From Laetmonice hystrix (Eukaryota), in NCBI GenBank assembly GCA_965235115.1, contig OZ249436.1, forward strand, positions 35,590,001 through 35,654,000: a DNA stretch of 64,000 nt, in the 5' to 3' direction. Below the pieces are notes generated by a model. The model was given only the letters and a program-made list of their open reading frames with translations. It was not told where the DNA came from and searched no databases. Numbering within the stretch: the first letter of the stretch is position 1; every line of letters starts with the position of its first letter. The translations under genes and the position numbers were made by a program. Below, in pieces: positions 13,001 to 26,674 of this stretch.

Positions 13001-13137
13001 AGTGAACCATTGTGGGCTCTTTTAACTGTGTCTCTTTGCCGGTGATGCAGTCGCGTGTGAAATTCACTGTGGCACTACTTCTCACTCCCGCTTCGCCCAT
13101 CAAGCTCAACGTTGAGGCCAGGAAGAAATCAAACTGA
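7017..13137 (+). CDS. Cytochrome P450, CYP3 clan, copy 2 (complete, 14 exons, 518 aa)
   Basis: Exons 7017-7090, 7902-8004, 8328-8380, 8751-8847, 9282-9398, 9641-9729, 9888-10036, 10404-10534, 10931-11036, 11410-11570, 11877-11965, 12193-12330, 12655-12817 and 13051-13137 sum to 1557 nt, open frame, all GT-AG. N-terminal anchor MLLLGIVEIPLWVILGCLAITIFLV, Pro-rich GIPGDRPWPIIGN, WKRMR..MTPTFSTGKLK, AGYDTT, ESLR, FGMGPRNCIGMRLA. Confidence 0.95.
8877..9153. mobile_element. MITE with about 60-bp imperfect TIRs in P450 intron 4
   Basis: ggcccaggttttagaaagcctcaaagcagcaaacttgaagctaagcag matches the reverse complement of ctgcttagcttaaagcttgctgcttacagcctttctgaaaccgtggcc; AT-rich core. Copies at 20608-20884 and 32328-32604. 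Confidence 0.7.
10616..10754. mobile_element. Short palindromic MITE in P450 intron 8
   Basis: caaatgttg..gagtccactata..agtttacgggac pairs with gtcccgtaaact..tatagtggactc..caacatttg. Copies at 22347-22485 and 34068-34206. Confidence 0.7.
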
Positions 13138-13385
13138 CACGCTACACTGGACAATCGAGGCTTCCTTGACCTGAATAATGAGACATGGCCTGCTAATACT
13201 GACAGGCCGAGAGTTACTCGGGCACGATGGTACCATAACCAGCATTTTATATATACCCACTTTAGGTTAGAAGACAGTAATCCAGCCAAGGACATGTAAA
13301 CATCTCTAACAACCGTTAGTATATATATTCTGAGCCAATTATGTCAATAAGTCTTTCTTGACTAAGTGGACATTATCTTTCACAT

Positions 13386-13781
13386 TGAAGAAAACCGCCC
13401 ATTCGAAGTGTTGAATGCGCGGCTTTCAACAGCCAGAAAACAGAGCGAGATCCTACTTGTTTGGTAGCTGGCTATGATCTACCGAGCGTTTATTTTACAG
13501 TATATATTAAAGTATAGTGGTCGGACCGCCGGCAGGCAGCTCCTCCCCTCTTTAGATGGCGGCGTTAGAATTTAATTGGCGTTATCTGCCACACCGCCTC
13601 TGCAGAGATCAGGATAAGCCAGCCTGGCGAGAAGCACATCCGGCGTCCGGCCATGAAGTACATTTCTAGAAACAACTCTACACATATTAGTGGTCAATAA
13701 TAAATGTTATAATAAAGATACTTAATAAATATTACATTAAAGATGCATAATCAATATCTGAACGTCCTTCTATTTTCTACA
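13386..13781 (-). mobile_element. Solo LTR, unit 2 copy
   Basis: Same sequence and ACAT TSD as 2271-2666. Confidence 0.75.
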
Positions 13782-13978
13782 ACATGTACTATACCGCATG
13801 GGAAAGTAGAAAGGAATACAGACAATTCACAAATAAAGAACCTTGGAACTATTTTATTTTTGTGTACGGGGCCATATGTTGCGGCCGCAAAACGGGAATA
13901 GACATAGACCTACTCTACTTCTACGTCTATGGGAATAGACACCAGATGGCAGTGCGTAGAAAGTAGTCCGTACAATCA

Positions 13979-14942
13979 GTGCGATATCGGTTTTTATCAG
14001 CACAGTTGCAAAGCCGCTCACATCAACGAATGTCACCATTATCACATGCAGTCCCACAACCACTTTGCCATATAATAAACATACATACGTATATAGGCCT
14101 ATTAAACGACGTTGTGAGGTTACTGTATTGTACAACAATGCTGATTTTTCCTTTCATGGTAAAGAAACGCGTGTTAGAGTCAGCTTTATTATCTGCCATT
14201 TTGTACAGCTCCGATGCCTGGCTCACAACTAACCTCAAGACTGCAGAAACCATGTATCACTCTGTGATAACTTATGCAAAAGGTCACATACGCGAGCGGC
14301 AAAATACATTAATGAACAAGTGGCTGAGCGAAACCCCATTGGCAGTGACAGCCAAACTTCAACAGCGAGTTGGCAACAGTACACGAACAAAATTTAAGTC
14401 GTACTTTGAGGAGATCAATCCACAGCTTTCAGTGAACCATATATATCTTGACGATTTCAATAACATTCCCGAGAGGCATCGCGTTGTAGTTTATACTAGA
14501 CTGAGAAATACATCACATTACTTGGCAATAGAGACTATAGTAGGTGGAGCCGCATCCTCCCATGGGGTGTGCTCCTGTGGCGAGCTACAAACAGAACGCC
14601 AAGTTATTTGTTGTTGTCCATTAACTGCCAATGTACGTCGAAAGTATAACGATTTTAACTTTACAGACCTGCCTGAAGTTTTCAGCTATCCGGACGGCCC
14701 CGTTATGTGTGCTGCCGTTACGGAATCATATAACGCTGTAACGAAAAGTTAGAGTTTACGTCCCCGAGTTTTCGTTTTGTGATGACCCGCTGGTCATGTC
14801 ATTTCGTCTATTACCGGACCTGACCCTGAATTCATATGTGTGCTTTATGTCCCTTATATGTCTGTTTTTGGTTCCGTTTTGTATCCTGCTTTTGCCTGGG
14901 TTTAGTCAATAAAGTTTACTTACTTTCTTACTTCCTTACTTC

Positions 14943-14985
<43 letters not shown>
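13979..14985 (+). mobile_element. LINE 3' end, unit 2 copy
   Basis: Same 257-aa ORF remnant and (TTAC)n tail. Confidence 0.75.
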
Positions 14986-14986
<1 letters not shown>

Positions 14987-16166
14987 TTCAACCGTGCGTT
15001 TGACTTGTCTGTGAAAGTCTATAGCCTACAACAGCTTCAACAGCGGTCTTGATCATCAAACAGCGAAGCGACCGGAAGTTGGGCCGAGGTTTTCCGAATG
15101 CATCAAGACCCTAACGGCCCCAGCCACACAGTCAGATACAATCTCCCATAATGCAAAGGGGTTTGCTTCGCATACCGCTCTGCCACACATGCCTTTTACA
15201 GGCGAAATCGGGCCCCTAAGCGTTTAACCCCGTTCTATCAAAGTCGGCCGTGCTGTATGGTATCTGTAAAACTTAACGTACCTCTAAACCCCAAAACCGA
15301 AAGTATACCAATTAAATGACATTCACCGTACAAGAGAAATACCTGATCAAATATTAGGAACTACATTTGCGGAGGGAAATCAGCTAGTCGCAAGTCGGTC
15401 GGGGCAATTTCGGGATGATTCGAAATACTTCGGGTGTTTCGGACTACTTTCGGACTAGGTACTTCTGCAGATGATTTCTCCGAATATTTAAATGTTTGTG
15501 TGGCATCATATTTTGAGAGTCTGTGCTTAAAAAGTAAACAAGAGTGCCTCAGCTAATTATAACCAGGAAGCAGCGGTCGAGCAGCCATGATTCGAGCTCG
15601 ACAATGTTCGGCTGTTCCGGTCGGGGATTTCTAGGTCAGGTCAGGGGTCACTCAAACGGTTACCCAGTGTGTGGCAGCGATTGAACGAAGAGAACGATCT
15701 CTGTCCCGAGACTCTGGTGCATTTCAATAAAGCCCAAAGATATCTTTGAAAACCTCGCTGGAGCCAGGTGCAAGGTTTTTATTGAAACACTGTATTACCG
15801 TGGCCCAGAAGTATCATCATTGTTTTTTCTGCATTTAATTTTGATTTTTTTTAACATTTGATTGTAGATGAATTTGATGATGAATAATCCACAGTCTCTA
15901 AACCAACACGTTGGTGGCGAAGGGGTCGGTGGTAGGATTCAGTGCATCAAGGACACTCCGTTCACTTCGATGATCCATTGAAAGTGAGACCGACGTTGGG
16001 TGATTTTCGTTGGGTTCCAAACTGACCGCAAGATGGCGTGTGTGAAGTTACCAGCAGGTGGAGCTAGTTCAAAGCGATTGAAACTATTATTCATTTACTC
16101 AATCAACTTATATTACCGTCACCTCCGTGCGTTAATATCTATTTAATTTTTAAATTTTTCCCTGTA

Positions 16167-16407
16167 ATTCTCACCTCGGTGGTAATTATTTCACCCTCGG
16201 TGGAAATTATTTCAACCTCGGTGGTAAGTATTCTCACCTTAGTGGAAATTATTCAACCTCGGTGGAAATTATTTCAACCTCGGTGGAAATTATCTCAACC
16301 TCGGTGGAAATTATCCTAACCTCAGTGCTAATTATTCTAACCTCAGTAGTAATTATTTCAACCTCGGTGGAAATTGTTTCAACCTCGGTGGAAATTATTT
16401 CAACCTC
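16167..16407. repeat. 21-bp minisatellite (aattatttcaacctcggtgga)n, about 11 copies
   Basis: Read directly; absent from unit 1. Confidence 0.93.
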
Positions 16408-17490
16408 TTAAAACGATGGTTCTCAGATGAAACCTTAACACTCTCCGCAAGGATTGCAACTGTGGCGGAGAACCTCTATTTGATGTTGGCCTCGACGACA
16501 TTAATGATGTTTTTCGGTAAGGAAAATCTCACAATTAGCCTGAATGGGTCATCTGATTTTGGCGCTTGTTCAGGGCGTAGAATGAATAACCAGATCTGTT
16601 GGTCACAAGATTGTTATACAGTGTTAAATTTCTATTTACATGTACTGGTAGTTACTTCTACATTAAAGAATCTAATAGACATACAAATGATTTTAAGTTG
16701 ACTGATATGACCATTTGAATATGTTTTATGCTGGCTCGATGGTGATTGAGAGACTCGAAATAATGGAGTTCCCTCTTTTCCGCGTGGCGGCAGCACTATC
16801 GCCTGCGAGTCTCCCAATTGTGCTACTCTGTATGTATCCCTAAAAGCGCTTTTCCTCTTTAAGCTTCTGCTATAGGCGCTATAAGCTTCTTATCGGTTCC
16901 TTTGACACGTGCCATAATGTCAAAGTTGGTCAGCCTTGATGAACAAGGTAATCATCTCTGTCCTTATTAACATAGCCTTATAACTGTAACTTTATTTTTT
17001 TAATTAATTAACCGATGTACCAGCAAATCTTACTTGTGTTTGTCTTATTCTAAAGGTGCTTTATTCGGAGTTATGACATGCGCCAACAACGCTGCGACTC
17101 TGGTGAGCAGTTTGGCAGTCAACCAGCTCTACAGCGCCACCCTGCTTGTCATGCGTGGGTTCATCTTCATGACGGGTGCGATATGTGGCACCATCAGCGT
17201 AGGCCTTCTCATGTACGTCCCCGGACCATCGATGTCAGCATTAATCTGACAGAGAAAGCACTTTCTGTCATCAGTAATAGACCTACCAGCGTAGATAGTT
17301 TCTCATGGTGACAGCGCGGTCAGGGATGGATCATGAATCTCGTTAATGTACAAAATGTGCATGAATGAAGTTAGTCTTCCTTCAGAGGTTAAAGCTGTTC
17401 TCTGTTTTTTTTTTCAGATTATATATCTGGAAGACACGCTCAGGGGGAAAACGCACTCTCCGCAACAGAAAAGCTTTAAACGATAACTAG
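16405..17490 (+). pseudogene. Orphan 3' exons of SLC46-like transporter (unit 2, truncated exon plus three exons)
   Basis: Truncated exon 16405-16516 (LLKRWFSDETLTLSARIATVAENLYLMLASTTLMMFF, donor G|gtaagg, phase matches the next exon), then 16864-16947, 17056-17212 and 17418-17490. Confidence 0.85.
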
Positions 17491-17598
17491 TGTGGTCCTG
17501 TCCATACGAAAGAATACGTGTACGGTATTTAAATGAGGTATTATGACATGTGAAAACATAGAATAGGGTCGCAGTGTCGGTACATACAGTGTTCTTTT

Positions 17599-17649
<51 letters not shown>

Positions 17650-18747
17650 CTCTTTCTTTCTTTCGTTTGGACGACGGAACATTTTAACAAATGGGATTCT
17701 GTTATATTATACCTGTTTGCTTATAAATTATTAGCCAGTGTGAATTCTGACAGCATATTGTAACGGTCAAGACCTGGCATCTATTTTTAGGCATTACAAC
17801 TTCCGTCCATCATGGCAGAGCACAGTTATTTTTAGCTGATGACGTCCTTCCCACCTTGATTCATCTTTTTGCATATTACAAGACAGTGGTCTAAATAGGC
17901 CTACTTTTGGTTTTATTGTGGTTTATTCGTTCGGTTAGTTTTACACAATGTTGAGTAGATATATAATGCGTTCTGGTGACAGCCACGGTTATATAACTTG
18001 CAGTGTGTGACTGGGTGCGTCCCAGATTTTGAACTCGTGCACTTGATTTGTGTACTACGATATGTTCAGGGAACGGCTTGTAAGAACCGTTATACGATTT
18101 GTATACTCGTTGACTGACTAATTAAATGTGTAAACTGCACCACTCTTTGAGTCCTCAGTTTTCTATAGTGTTAATGCCATCCAGTGATCGTTCCCCCGCT
18201 GCCCGCCCCCCACGCATAACGAAGTACTATTCGAACACAACGGAGAAGTACGAGATGACATGTATGCAATGGCCGTTTGTTGTTGGGTATATGAAGGATT
18301 CTTTATTATTTCACAGCTAAACACTCCACCAAACGCCAAAGAACCGTTGCAACATTCTGACAGAGATACAACCGCCACCACAGAAGAGTTAGATACTGTT
18401 GAGACTAACGGTAGGGTACTTTATGTGTCGCGAGCGGGAACACACACAGGTCTGGTATCATCCCGCTAGCCTCCCACCCGCTAGACCCCCGTTTAGCGGG
18501 CGGGGGGGGGGGGGGCTAGCGGGGGTAATCCGTAGGTCTATATAATGCAGGCCTATATATAGGCACATTACTGAGTCAGTCGCGGCAAATATACGTATAC
18601 ATACCCTTTGGATGGTCAGCCAGAATGAGGGAGGAGAACTGAAAGCGCCGCGTCAACCTATAATAGACCTGAGAGCCTTTCCAGGAGCTGTTTGTTTATA
18701 TAAGAAATCTTCGCTGAGTTAACCGGCCAACACTGACGGCGATCAAC

Positions 18748-21700
18748 ATGTTGCTGTTGGGCATTGTGGAAATCCCGCTATGGGTCATCCTGGGATGCCT
18801 CGCCATCACGATATTCCTCGTGTAAGTAGAGCACTGACCTATAAACTTTATATTCCCCTAGCCTTGTATGGCGAGCCTTGTATACCCGATCAGTAGGTCA
18901 ATATATCTATTACTTGGAGACTGAATATACACACATATCACGTATATACGAAACACTGCTTCATGCTATAGCTGCTTCGATTTGCTTCGAGTTCAAATAC
19001 AGTCAATCCTCATTACAATGTAGGCCTATCTCTCCGACACCTTGAAATAAAGCCGAAAAAAAGTGATCTCTCACCTAATTTTTCTCCGGAGACGGGCGAG
19101 CAATGGAGTTTTTAGAAATAGTTTCAGAAGAGAAGAGGGTGCTTCATCACAGATATGTAATATTGTCCCAATGGGCCACCGATTACCCACCAAACGGTGG
19201 GCCTCCTTCTAATTGTTTTCCATCATGCTTGAAAAGGCCTAGTCTGACTTGGTGCAAGTGGTCTTTTAGGGGTTTTTGATAAAATGGACCATTAGTTCTC
19301 TATATCATTGGTCACATCGGAGTGGTTCAACCACCAAACTGAAGCATGATTAGTTACTCCTTCGCGATAAGTATAGCTTTGCTTATTTTTCAAAATTTCA
19401 TACATATGGCATACAATGGGTATATACACAAAGTATAGGTTTGACTGTAGTCCTTCCCCCTCCCCTCAATGTGTACGGGCATATACACATATACACTCGC
19501 AATTTGTAGGCTAAATTAAAGCAGAGAACATACAGTTTAGTCTAAAAATGAGAATTCTCGACATATCGTGCAATGCTCTGACAATAAGCATTCGGTCAGA
19601 TATTCATGTATAGGTCTCTTTCTTTTTTACAGTTACAATACGTGGCACTTCAACTTCTTCCGCAAACAGGGCATCCCGGGAGATCGGCCATGGCCAATCA
19701 TCGGAAATATTTCATTTAGGGGCGATCGCGTCAAGGTACAGATCAAAAATAGAGTCTACTGATTGAAATGGGCAATAATCAGATCGGGACATATCCAGTG
19801 CATGCCACCTGTGCTTTAAATTGTCATGTGGTTAAACGTAGGGGCCTATACCACATAATGTAGGCTTATCGTTTCAAATTGGCATCATGGGCGACCTGTT
19901 TTTTTATCACAGCCGAACGTGATTGGTTGAAATGATTGACTCTAAATACTGCCCCCTCTTTACATCCATATCCTCGCATATTATATAGGAATGAAATTAT
20001 TTTAAAGAAGCAGGGTGTCAAAATGAATGGTAATGAAATCCAACCGCTATAATTCCAGGAGTACCCGTACATGGAGACCGAAATTCAGGAGAAACATGGG
20101 GACATATTTGCGTAGGTATAGTCCTACTGTAACCTCACTCGAATCCCGTACTTTGAACCACTGGGCGTGACCTAGAAACCTAGTAGGCCTATGAGAGGGC
20201 CCCTAGCTGCTATGTATGCAACACACATCTTTGGATAGAAGTTTATCCAATAAGCCGGTCGGCCGGCCCGCCGGTCCGTAATGCCGATTCCGAAAATGCA
20301 TAGGTGTATAGTTGGGCCCATTACAATGAGTGTAGACATCAATAAGGTACATAATATATCAGCACATACAAATATATCGCAAAATGGTTTCCGATTTTTG
20401 TTAACTATGGCCTATAGGCCTACACAAAGGTGAAGGAAACTATAGGCAAGGATGGGTATTGTCATCTCTTATCCATTGCAGAGAATTCATCGGCCGTATT
20501 CCCTGCCTTGTAGTGCACGATGAGAGCTTTCTATCGGAAGTTTTGGTCAAGAGTTTCCCGGACTTTTGTGATCGATCGGTGAGTGGAAACTACTATAATC
20601 TTCAGTCCAGGCCCAGGTTTTAGAAAGCCTCAAAGCAGCAAACTTGAAGCTAAGCAGGACTACGGTGGCCCATGAGGACAAGGACCTTAACTTTCTACAT
20701 TGATTTTCATAGATATTTCACGGCAATGGCAATATCACCACGGATAAATTATTATCAATATGAAAATATCGATGAAAATAGATCTAGAAAGTTATAAACA
20801 ATAAAGATCTATATTCCTGGGTTGCCGTATAGCTCTGCTTAGCTTAAAGCTTGCTGCTTACAGCCTTTCTGAAACCGTGGCCAGATTGTAAACGATATCA
20901 TTTTCAACCCTTTTCATTCCATAGATTAACGCATAAATGCATGGAAAATAGGTAACTTTTCCAACAACAACAAAAACGAAGTTAAGCACATTTTAATGAG
21001 TTCAACTTTCAGAGTGTACTCAACGGAGACGAAGTGAGTGATGCTATGCTACTCAACAGTATGGGAGAAAGATGGAAGCGCATGCGCAGTTATATGACCC
21101 CAACATTCAGCACTGGTAAACTAAAACAGGTGAATATCTGTTTCAATCTCATTTCACCAATACAAGTGGTGCATGGAAAGTATCTCAACACTACGATAAG
21201 CACTCATTTACACTGGACATCCTGGCATGCTTGAAACTAAGGAGGCTAATGAGGTTTTTATTTTAGGTGAGAAAACAGGTCTTATTAAAATTGGTGAATT
21301 GGGGGTGGGGTGGGGGGTCATAGATATATCCATTCCAAACACCTCTCCCATGAGGATAATATACGTTTCAGATGATCCCCGAGATCAACCGGTGTGCTCG
21401 GCAGTTGGCCAACAACCTGGCGAAAGAGGCCGAAAAGGGAGAAACTCTAGACATGCGTGGGTAAGTATTTGGAACTTCAGTAAAACCCTTATAGCCATTA
21501 TAATGTAGCAGTCTAATAATAAATGAGTCTATCTCGCTCACAAATGTCATTGTTAGTTTCTTCTGTTCAAATCCGTAATTAATTATGTAGGCTATGTATT
21601 AATCTAATTTGTGTGCAGTTTGACTGGCGCCTTTTCCATGGATGTCATCGCCAGCACGGCGTTCGGCATGCGGGTGGACTCTCAGAACGATGCCGACAGT

Positions 21701-24700
21701 GTATTTGTCCAGAAGGCCAAACGCGGCTTTAGTCGGTCAATGTTCAACCCTCTCTATCTTCTGGCCTGTAAGGGAATTTGTCTGCTTCAACAGCCATAAT
21801 ACATGATCTAGTATTTCTCTTCTCAGACCGCCACAAGACAACATTTAGAAACAGATGTTGCTTTTTTATTTAACATCGCAGAGGACGGATATTCTGACAT
21901 TTTTCTTCATATTTTTCTATAAGCCTATATTTGAAGTTCAATTCCATTTCATGGAAAGTATTGGTTTAACCCATTAAACTCTATGCATAGATCAATTTGT
22001 AATACCCCCCCCCCCCCAAAAAAAAAAGGAACAGAAAGCTGGCCTATTGATTTCTTATTACTAGATTCATTAGGCCTAACTATCACCTAGCGGGACACAA
22101 AGTAGGCTAACCATGCCCAACATTATGTTTGTAGTTTTCCTCCCGGCCGCCGTTCCACTGGCAACGAAGTTGGGTCTGAACAGCTTTTTGCCTCGTGACG
22201 TCATGGATTTCTTTAGGGACGTAACCCTAAAAGCAATGGAAGCTCGTAAGACCAACCAAGATCAGGTAATAGGCCTATTATACACATAAAAATAGAATCA
22301 ACGTCATGACAGATTGGTCCAGACACGTGTAGATCTATTTATTTAGCAAATGTTGGACGGCAGCGAGTCCACTATACAGTTTACGGGACTTCGAAAAGCG
22401 ATAATGGCTTCGGCTTCGCCTCGCCGCACTTTTCTTCGTCCCGTAAACTAAGTCCTATAGTGGACTCACCGCCATACAACATTTGTAGGCCTATCATATA
22501 ATCGAAAGGGGCCGTCCATCACTTAGGCTACGTAACGCGAAATTTTGACCAAACTACATAATGTATGGATCAGGTTGAGCACTGTAGTCTCATATTCTCA
22601 TAAGGGTGATGTTGATCATGTAGATTTACAATCTTTTTGTCTCGTGTATTTCTTTGCAAAGAGTCGTACCGATTTCCTACAATTAGTGATGAACGTTGAG
22701 CGGGATGAGAACGTACAGGCAGTGCCAGACACCGGCCATGACAAGGACGTAACGAAACCAACTAAAGGTACAACTGTGCTCATTGTCCGCATCTCTCTGC
22801 ACACCTGAAAGGCCGGAAATTAATACCACGTTCATTTCGTTCAAACTCTAGCACAAGGTATAGGCCTACGGTAAAGGCAGTGGCGGATCCGGAGGGAAGG
22901 GGATACGGGGGTTGCCCCCCCCCCCCCGTTTCGAAGTAATCTTTCTTTTTTTTCTGCCTGAAAGGTTCAAACCAAACATACACAACCCCCTGCCAACACC
23001 CATAACACCCCCACCCCCCCACCCCCACCCCCGGTTAGAGCAAACCCGGATCCGCCCCTGCAAGAGTAAACTAAAGAGGGTCTAGATCTATATTTGGACG
23101 TGTATAGGGCGTTTCATCCGCGATATCTGTCTAACTTACAGGGCTCTCAACGACTGAGATTCTTGCCAACGCTATCCTGTTCTTTATCGCTGGCTACGAC
23201 ACGACTGCCTCGGCAGTTTGTATGCTCCTGTACAACTTGGCCCTGAACGACGACTGCCAACAGCAACTCCTACAGGAGATTGATAGCGTTGTGGGAGAGA
23301 ACGTATGTAATACTGTGTAAACATGCGTGACGTACAGACGAGATCAATGGACAGAAGGGGCGCGGAAAGAAATATTCAGCTCCTACTTCTCTTTGTGCAT
23401 GCGTACATAATATTTCTGGTGGCCTCGGTCCCATGTAACGAGAAACGTTTTTAGCGTCTAGCTTCAGCCCGACATGAGCTTGGGCACATTAAATACACCT
23501 GTACATAACCTACGATAAAACAGGACAACAAAGTCAATATACCAAGACTATAGTCTATCTGCCGAAAGTCCATGGTACGGGGTTAAATCCTTGTCATTTT
23601 TTCATTAGGACCTGATCACCTATGACATGTTGTCTGAGATGCCGTACCTGGACCAATGCATTTCGGAGTCCCTGCGCCTTTTCCCGCCTTTGGTTAGGTA
23701 AGTATAGCTAGATTGGGATAGGGAATATAGGTACTAATATATAAAGATGTAATTTAACGTGGGCTTCTGGCTAAATGCTTGTCCATTCGCATCCTGGGCA
23801 ACAGCAATATTCTAAATTCAACATGTTCTTGGACTATAGAGGAGAAGTAGGCTAAACGTTCGTGAAACCTATCACTCATACCGTTTGTTTATATTTGAGA
23901 ACATTTAAGGTTATTTTTTGACAGGGCCGATCGTGAGGCCAAGCGAGACGTCACCATCAATGGGGTCCACATCAAGAAAGGCATGGTTGTAATGATCCCA
24001 ATATTTGGCATTCACCATGACCCCAAAAAATGGCCAAACCCCCTAAAGTTTGACCCAACACGGTATGTGGACCCATTAAAACCTATTACTCTATTTCACA
24101 TTATGAATACGGCCTATGATAGAACTTTAGTAGATCCAGGATTTTTTAAGGGGTGTGGACCTTTCATATAAGAAAAAAGGGGAAACTGGTGTTGAAAGGG
24201 GGTTGAACCCTGCTGGAGCCGCCCTTAGAAAGAGAACATTCTGTCTAGCCCTTCATGTCCTGATATGCATGAGAAAAACAAATCCAGTGAACAAACCTAC
24301 AGCCTACAAACTTATAGGTATAGGGCCTAGAAGTAATACTTTATGTACATGCGTTCGAATAATAAGCTACAACTTTACATTTTTAGATTTTCGCCGGAGA
24401 ACAAAGCAGGTCGGAATCCTTTCCATTTCTTCCCGTTTGGAATGGGCCCTCGGAACTGTATTGGAATGCGGCTTGCCCTGGCCGAGTTAAAGATTGCCAT
24501 GGTTCATGTCTTACGGAAAGTCAAGGTCACACCAGCTACAGACACGCCGGTAGGTTTCACGGCTCCCCCCACAAAGGTGGCGGCAAGCAAATTTGAGAAC
24601 TTTGAAAGTATTTATTGGCAATTGTCGCATGTGACTTGTGAAATTCTCCTGCTTTGCATGCATGCCTTAATAGTCAACAGTTTGATTCCTCGCTCATACA

Positions 24701-24869
24701 CTATTATGTCTAGGCTATATAGAGCATATAATAGTGAACCATTGTGGGCTATTTTAACTGTGTCTCTTTGCCGGTGATGCAGTCGCGTGTGAAATTCACT
24801 GTGGCACTACTTCTCACTCCCGCTTCGCCCATCAAGCTCAACGTTGAGGCCAGGAAGAAATCAAACTGA
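18748..24869 (+). CDS. Cytochrome P450, CYP3 clan, copy 3 (complete, 14 exons)
   Basis: Near-identical to copy 2 at offset 11731-11732. Exons 18748-18821, 19633-19735, 20059-20111, 20482-20578, 21013-21129, 21372-21460, 21619-21767, 22135-22265, 22662-22767, 23142-23302, 23609-23697, 23925-24062, 24387-24549, 24783-24869. Confidence 0.95.
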
Positions 24870-25117
24870 CACGCTACACTGGACAATCGAGGCTTCCTTG
24901 ACCTGAATAATGAGACATGGCCTGCTGATACTGACAGGCCGAGAGTTACTCGGGCACGATGGTACCATAACCAGCATTTTATATATACCCACTTTAGGTT
25001 AGAAGACAGTAATCCAGCCAAGGACATGTAAACATCTCTAACAACCGTTAGTATATATATTCTGAGCCAATTATGTCAATAAGTCTTTCTTGACTAAGTG
25101 GACATTATCTTTCACAT

Positions 25118-25513
25118 TGAAGAAAACCGCCCATTCGAAGTGTTGAATGCGCGGCTTTCAACAGCCAGAAAACAGAGCGAGATCCTACTTGTTTGGTAGC
25201 TGGCTATGATCTACCGAGCGTTTATTTTACAGTATATATTAAAGTATAGTGGTCGGACCGCCGGCAGGCAGCTCCTCCCCTCTTTAGATGGCGGCGTTAG
25301 AATTTAATTGGCGTTATCTGCCACACCGCCTCTGCAGAGATCAGGATAAGCCAGCCTGGCGAGAAGCACATCCGGCGTCCGGCCATGAAGTACATTTCTA
25401 GAAACAACTCTACACATATTAGTGGTCAATAATAAATGTTATAATAAAGATACTTAATAAATATTACATTAAAGATGCATAATCAATATCTGAACGTCCT
25501 TCTATTTTCTACA
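25118..25513 (-). mobile_element. Solo LTR, unit 3 copy
   Basis: Same sequence and ACAT TSD as 2271-2666. Confidence 0.75.
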
Positions 25514-25710
25514 ACATGTACTATACCGCATGGGAAAGTAGAAAGGAATACAGACAATTCACAAATAAAGAACCTTGGAACTATTTTATTTTTGTGTACG
25601 GGGCCATATGTTGCGGCCGCAAAACGGGAATAGACATAGACCTACTCTACTTCTACGTCTATGGGAATAGACACCAGATGGCAGTGCGTAGAAAGTAGTC
25701 CGTACAATCA

Positions 25711-26674
25711 GTGCGATATCGGTTTTTATCAGCACAGTTGCAAAGCCGCTCACATCAACGAATGTCACCATTATCACATGCAGTCCCACAACCACTTTGC
25801 CATATAATAAACATACATACGTATATAGGCCTATTAAACGACGTTGTGAGGTTACTGTATTGTACAACAATGCTGATTTTTCCTTTCATGGTAAAGAAAC
25901 GCGTGTTAGAGTCAGCTTTATTATCTGCCATTTTGTACAGCTCCGATGCCTGGCTCACAACTAACCTCAAGACTGCAGAAACCATGTATCACTCTGTGAT
26001 AACTTATGCAAAAGGTCACATACGCGAGCGGCAAAATACATTAATGAACAAGTGGCTGAGCGAAACCCCATTGGCAGTGACAGCCAAACTTCAACAGCGA
26101 GTTGGCAACAGTACACGAACAAAATTTAAGTCGTACTTTGAGGAGATCAATCCACAGCTTTCAGTGAACCATATATATCTTGACGATTTCAATAACATTC
26201 CCGAGAGGCATCGCGTTGTAGTTTATACTAGACTGAGAAATACATCACATTACTTGGCAATAGAGACTATAGTAGGTGGAGCCGCATCCTCCCATGGGGT
26301 GTGCTCCTGTGGCGAGCTACAAACAGAACGCCAAGTTATTTGTTGTTGTCCATTAACTGCCAATGTACGTCGAAAGTATAACGATTTTAACTTTACAGAC
26401 CTGCCTGAAGTTTTCAGCTATCCGGACGGCCCCGTTATGTGTGCTGCCGTTACGGAATCATATAACGCTGTAACGAAAAGTTAGAGTTTACGTCCCCGAG
26501 TTTTCGTTTTGTGATGACCCGCTGGTCATGTCATTTCGTCTATTACCGGACCTGACCCTGAATTCATATGTGTGCTTTATGTCCCTTATATGTCTGTTTT
26601 TGGTTCCGTTTTGTATCCTGCTTTTGCCTGGGTTTAGTCAATAAAGTTTACTTACTTTCTTACTTCCTTACTTC

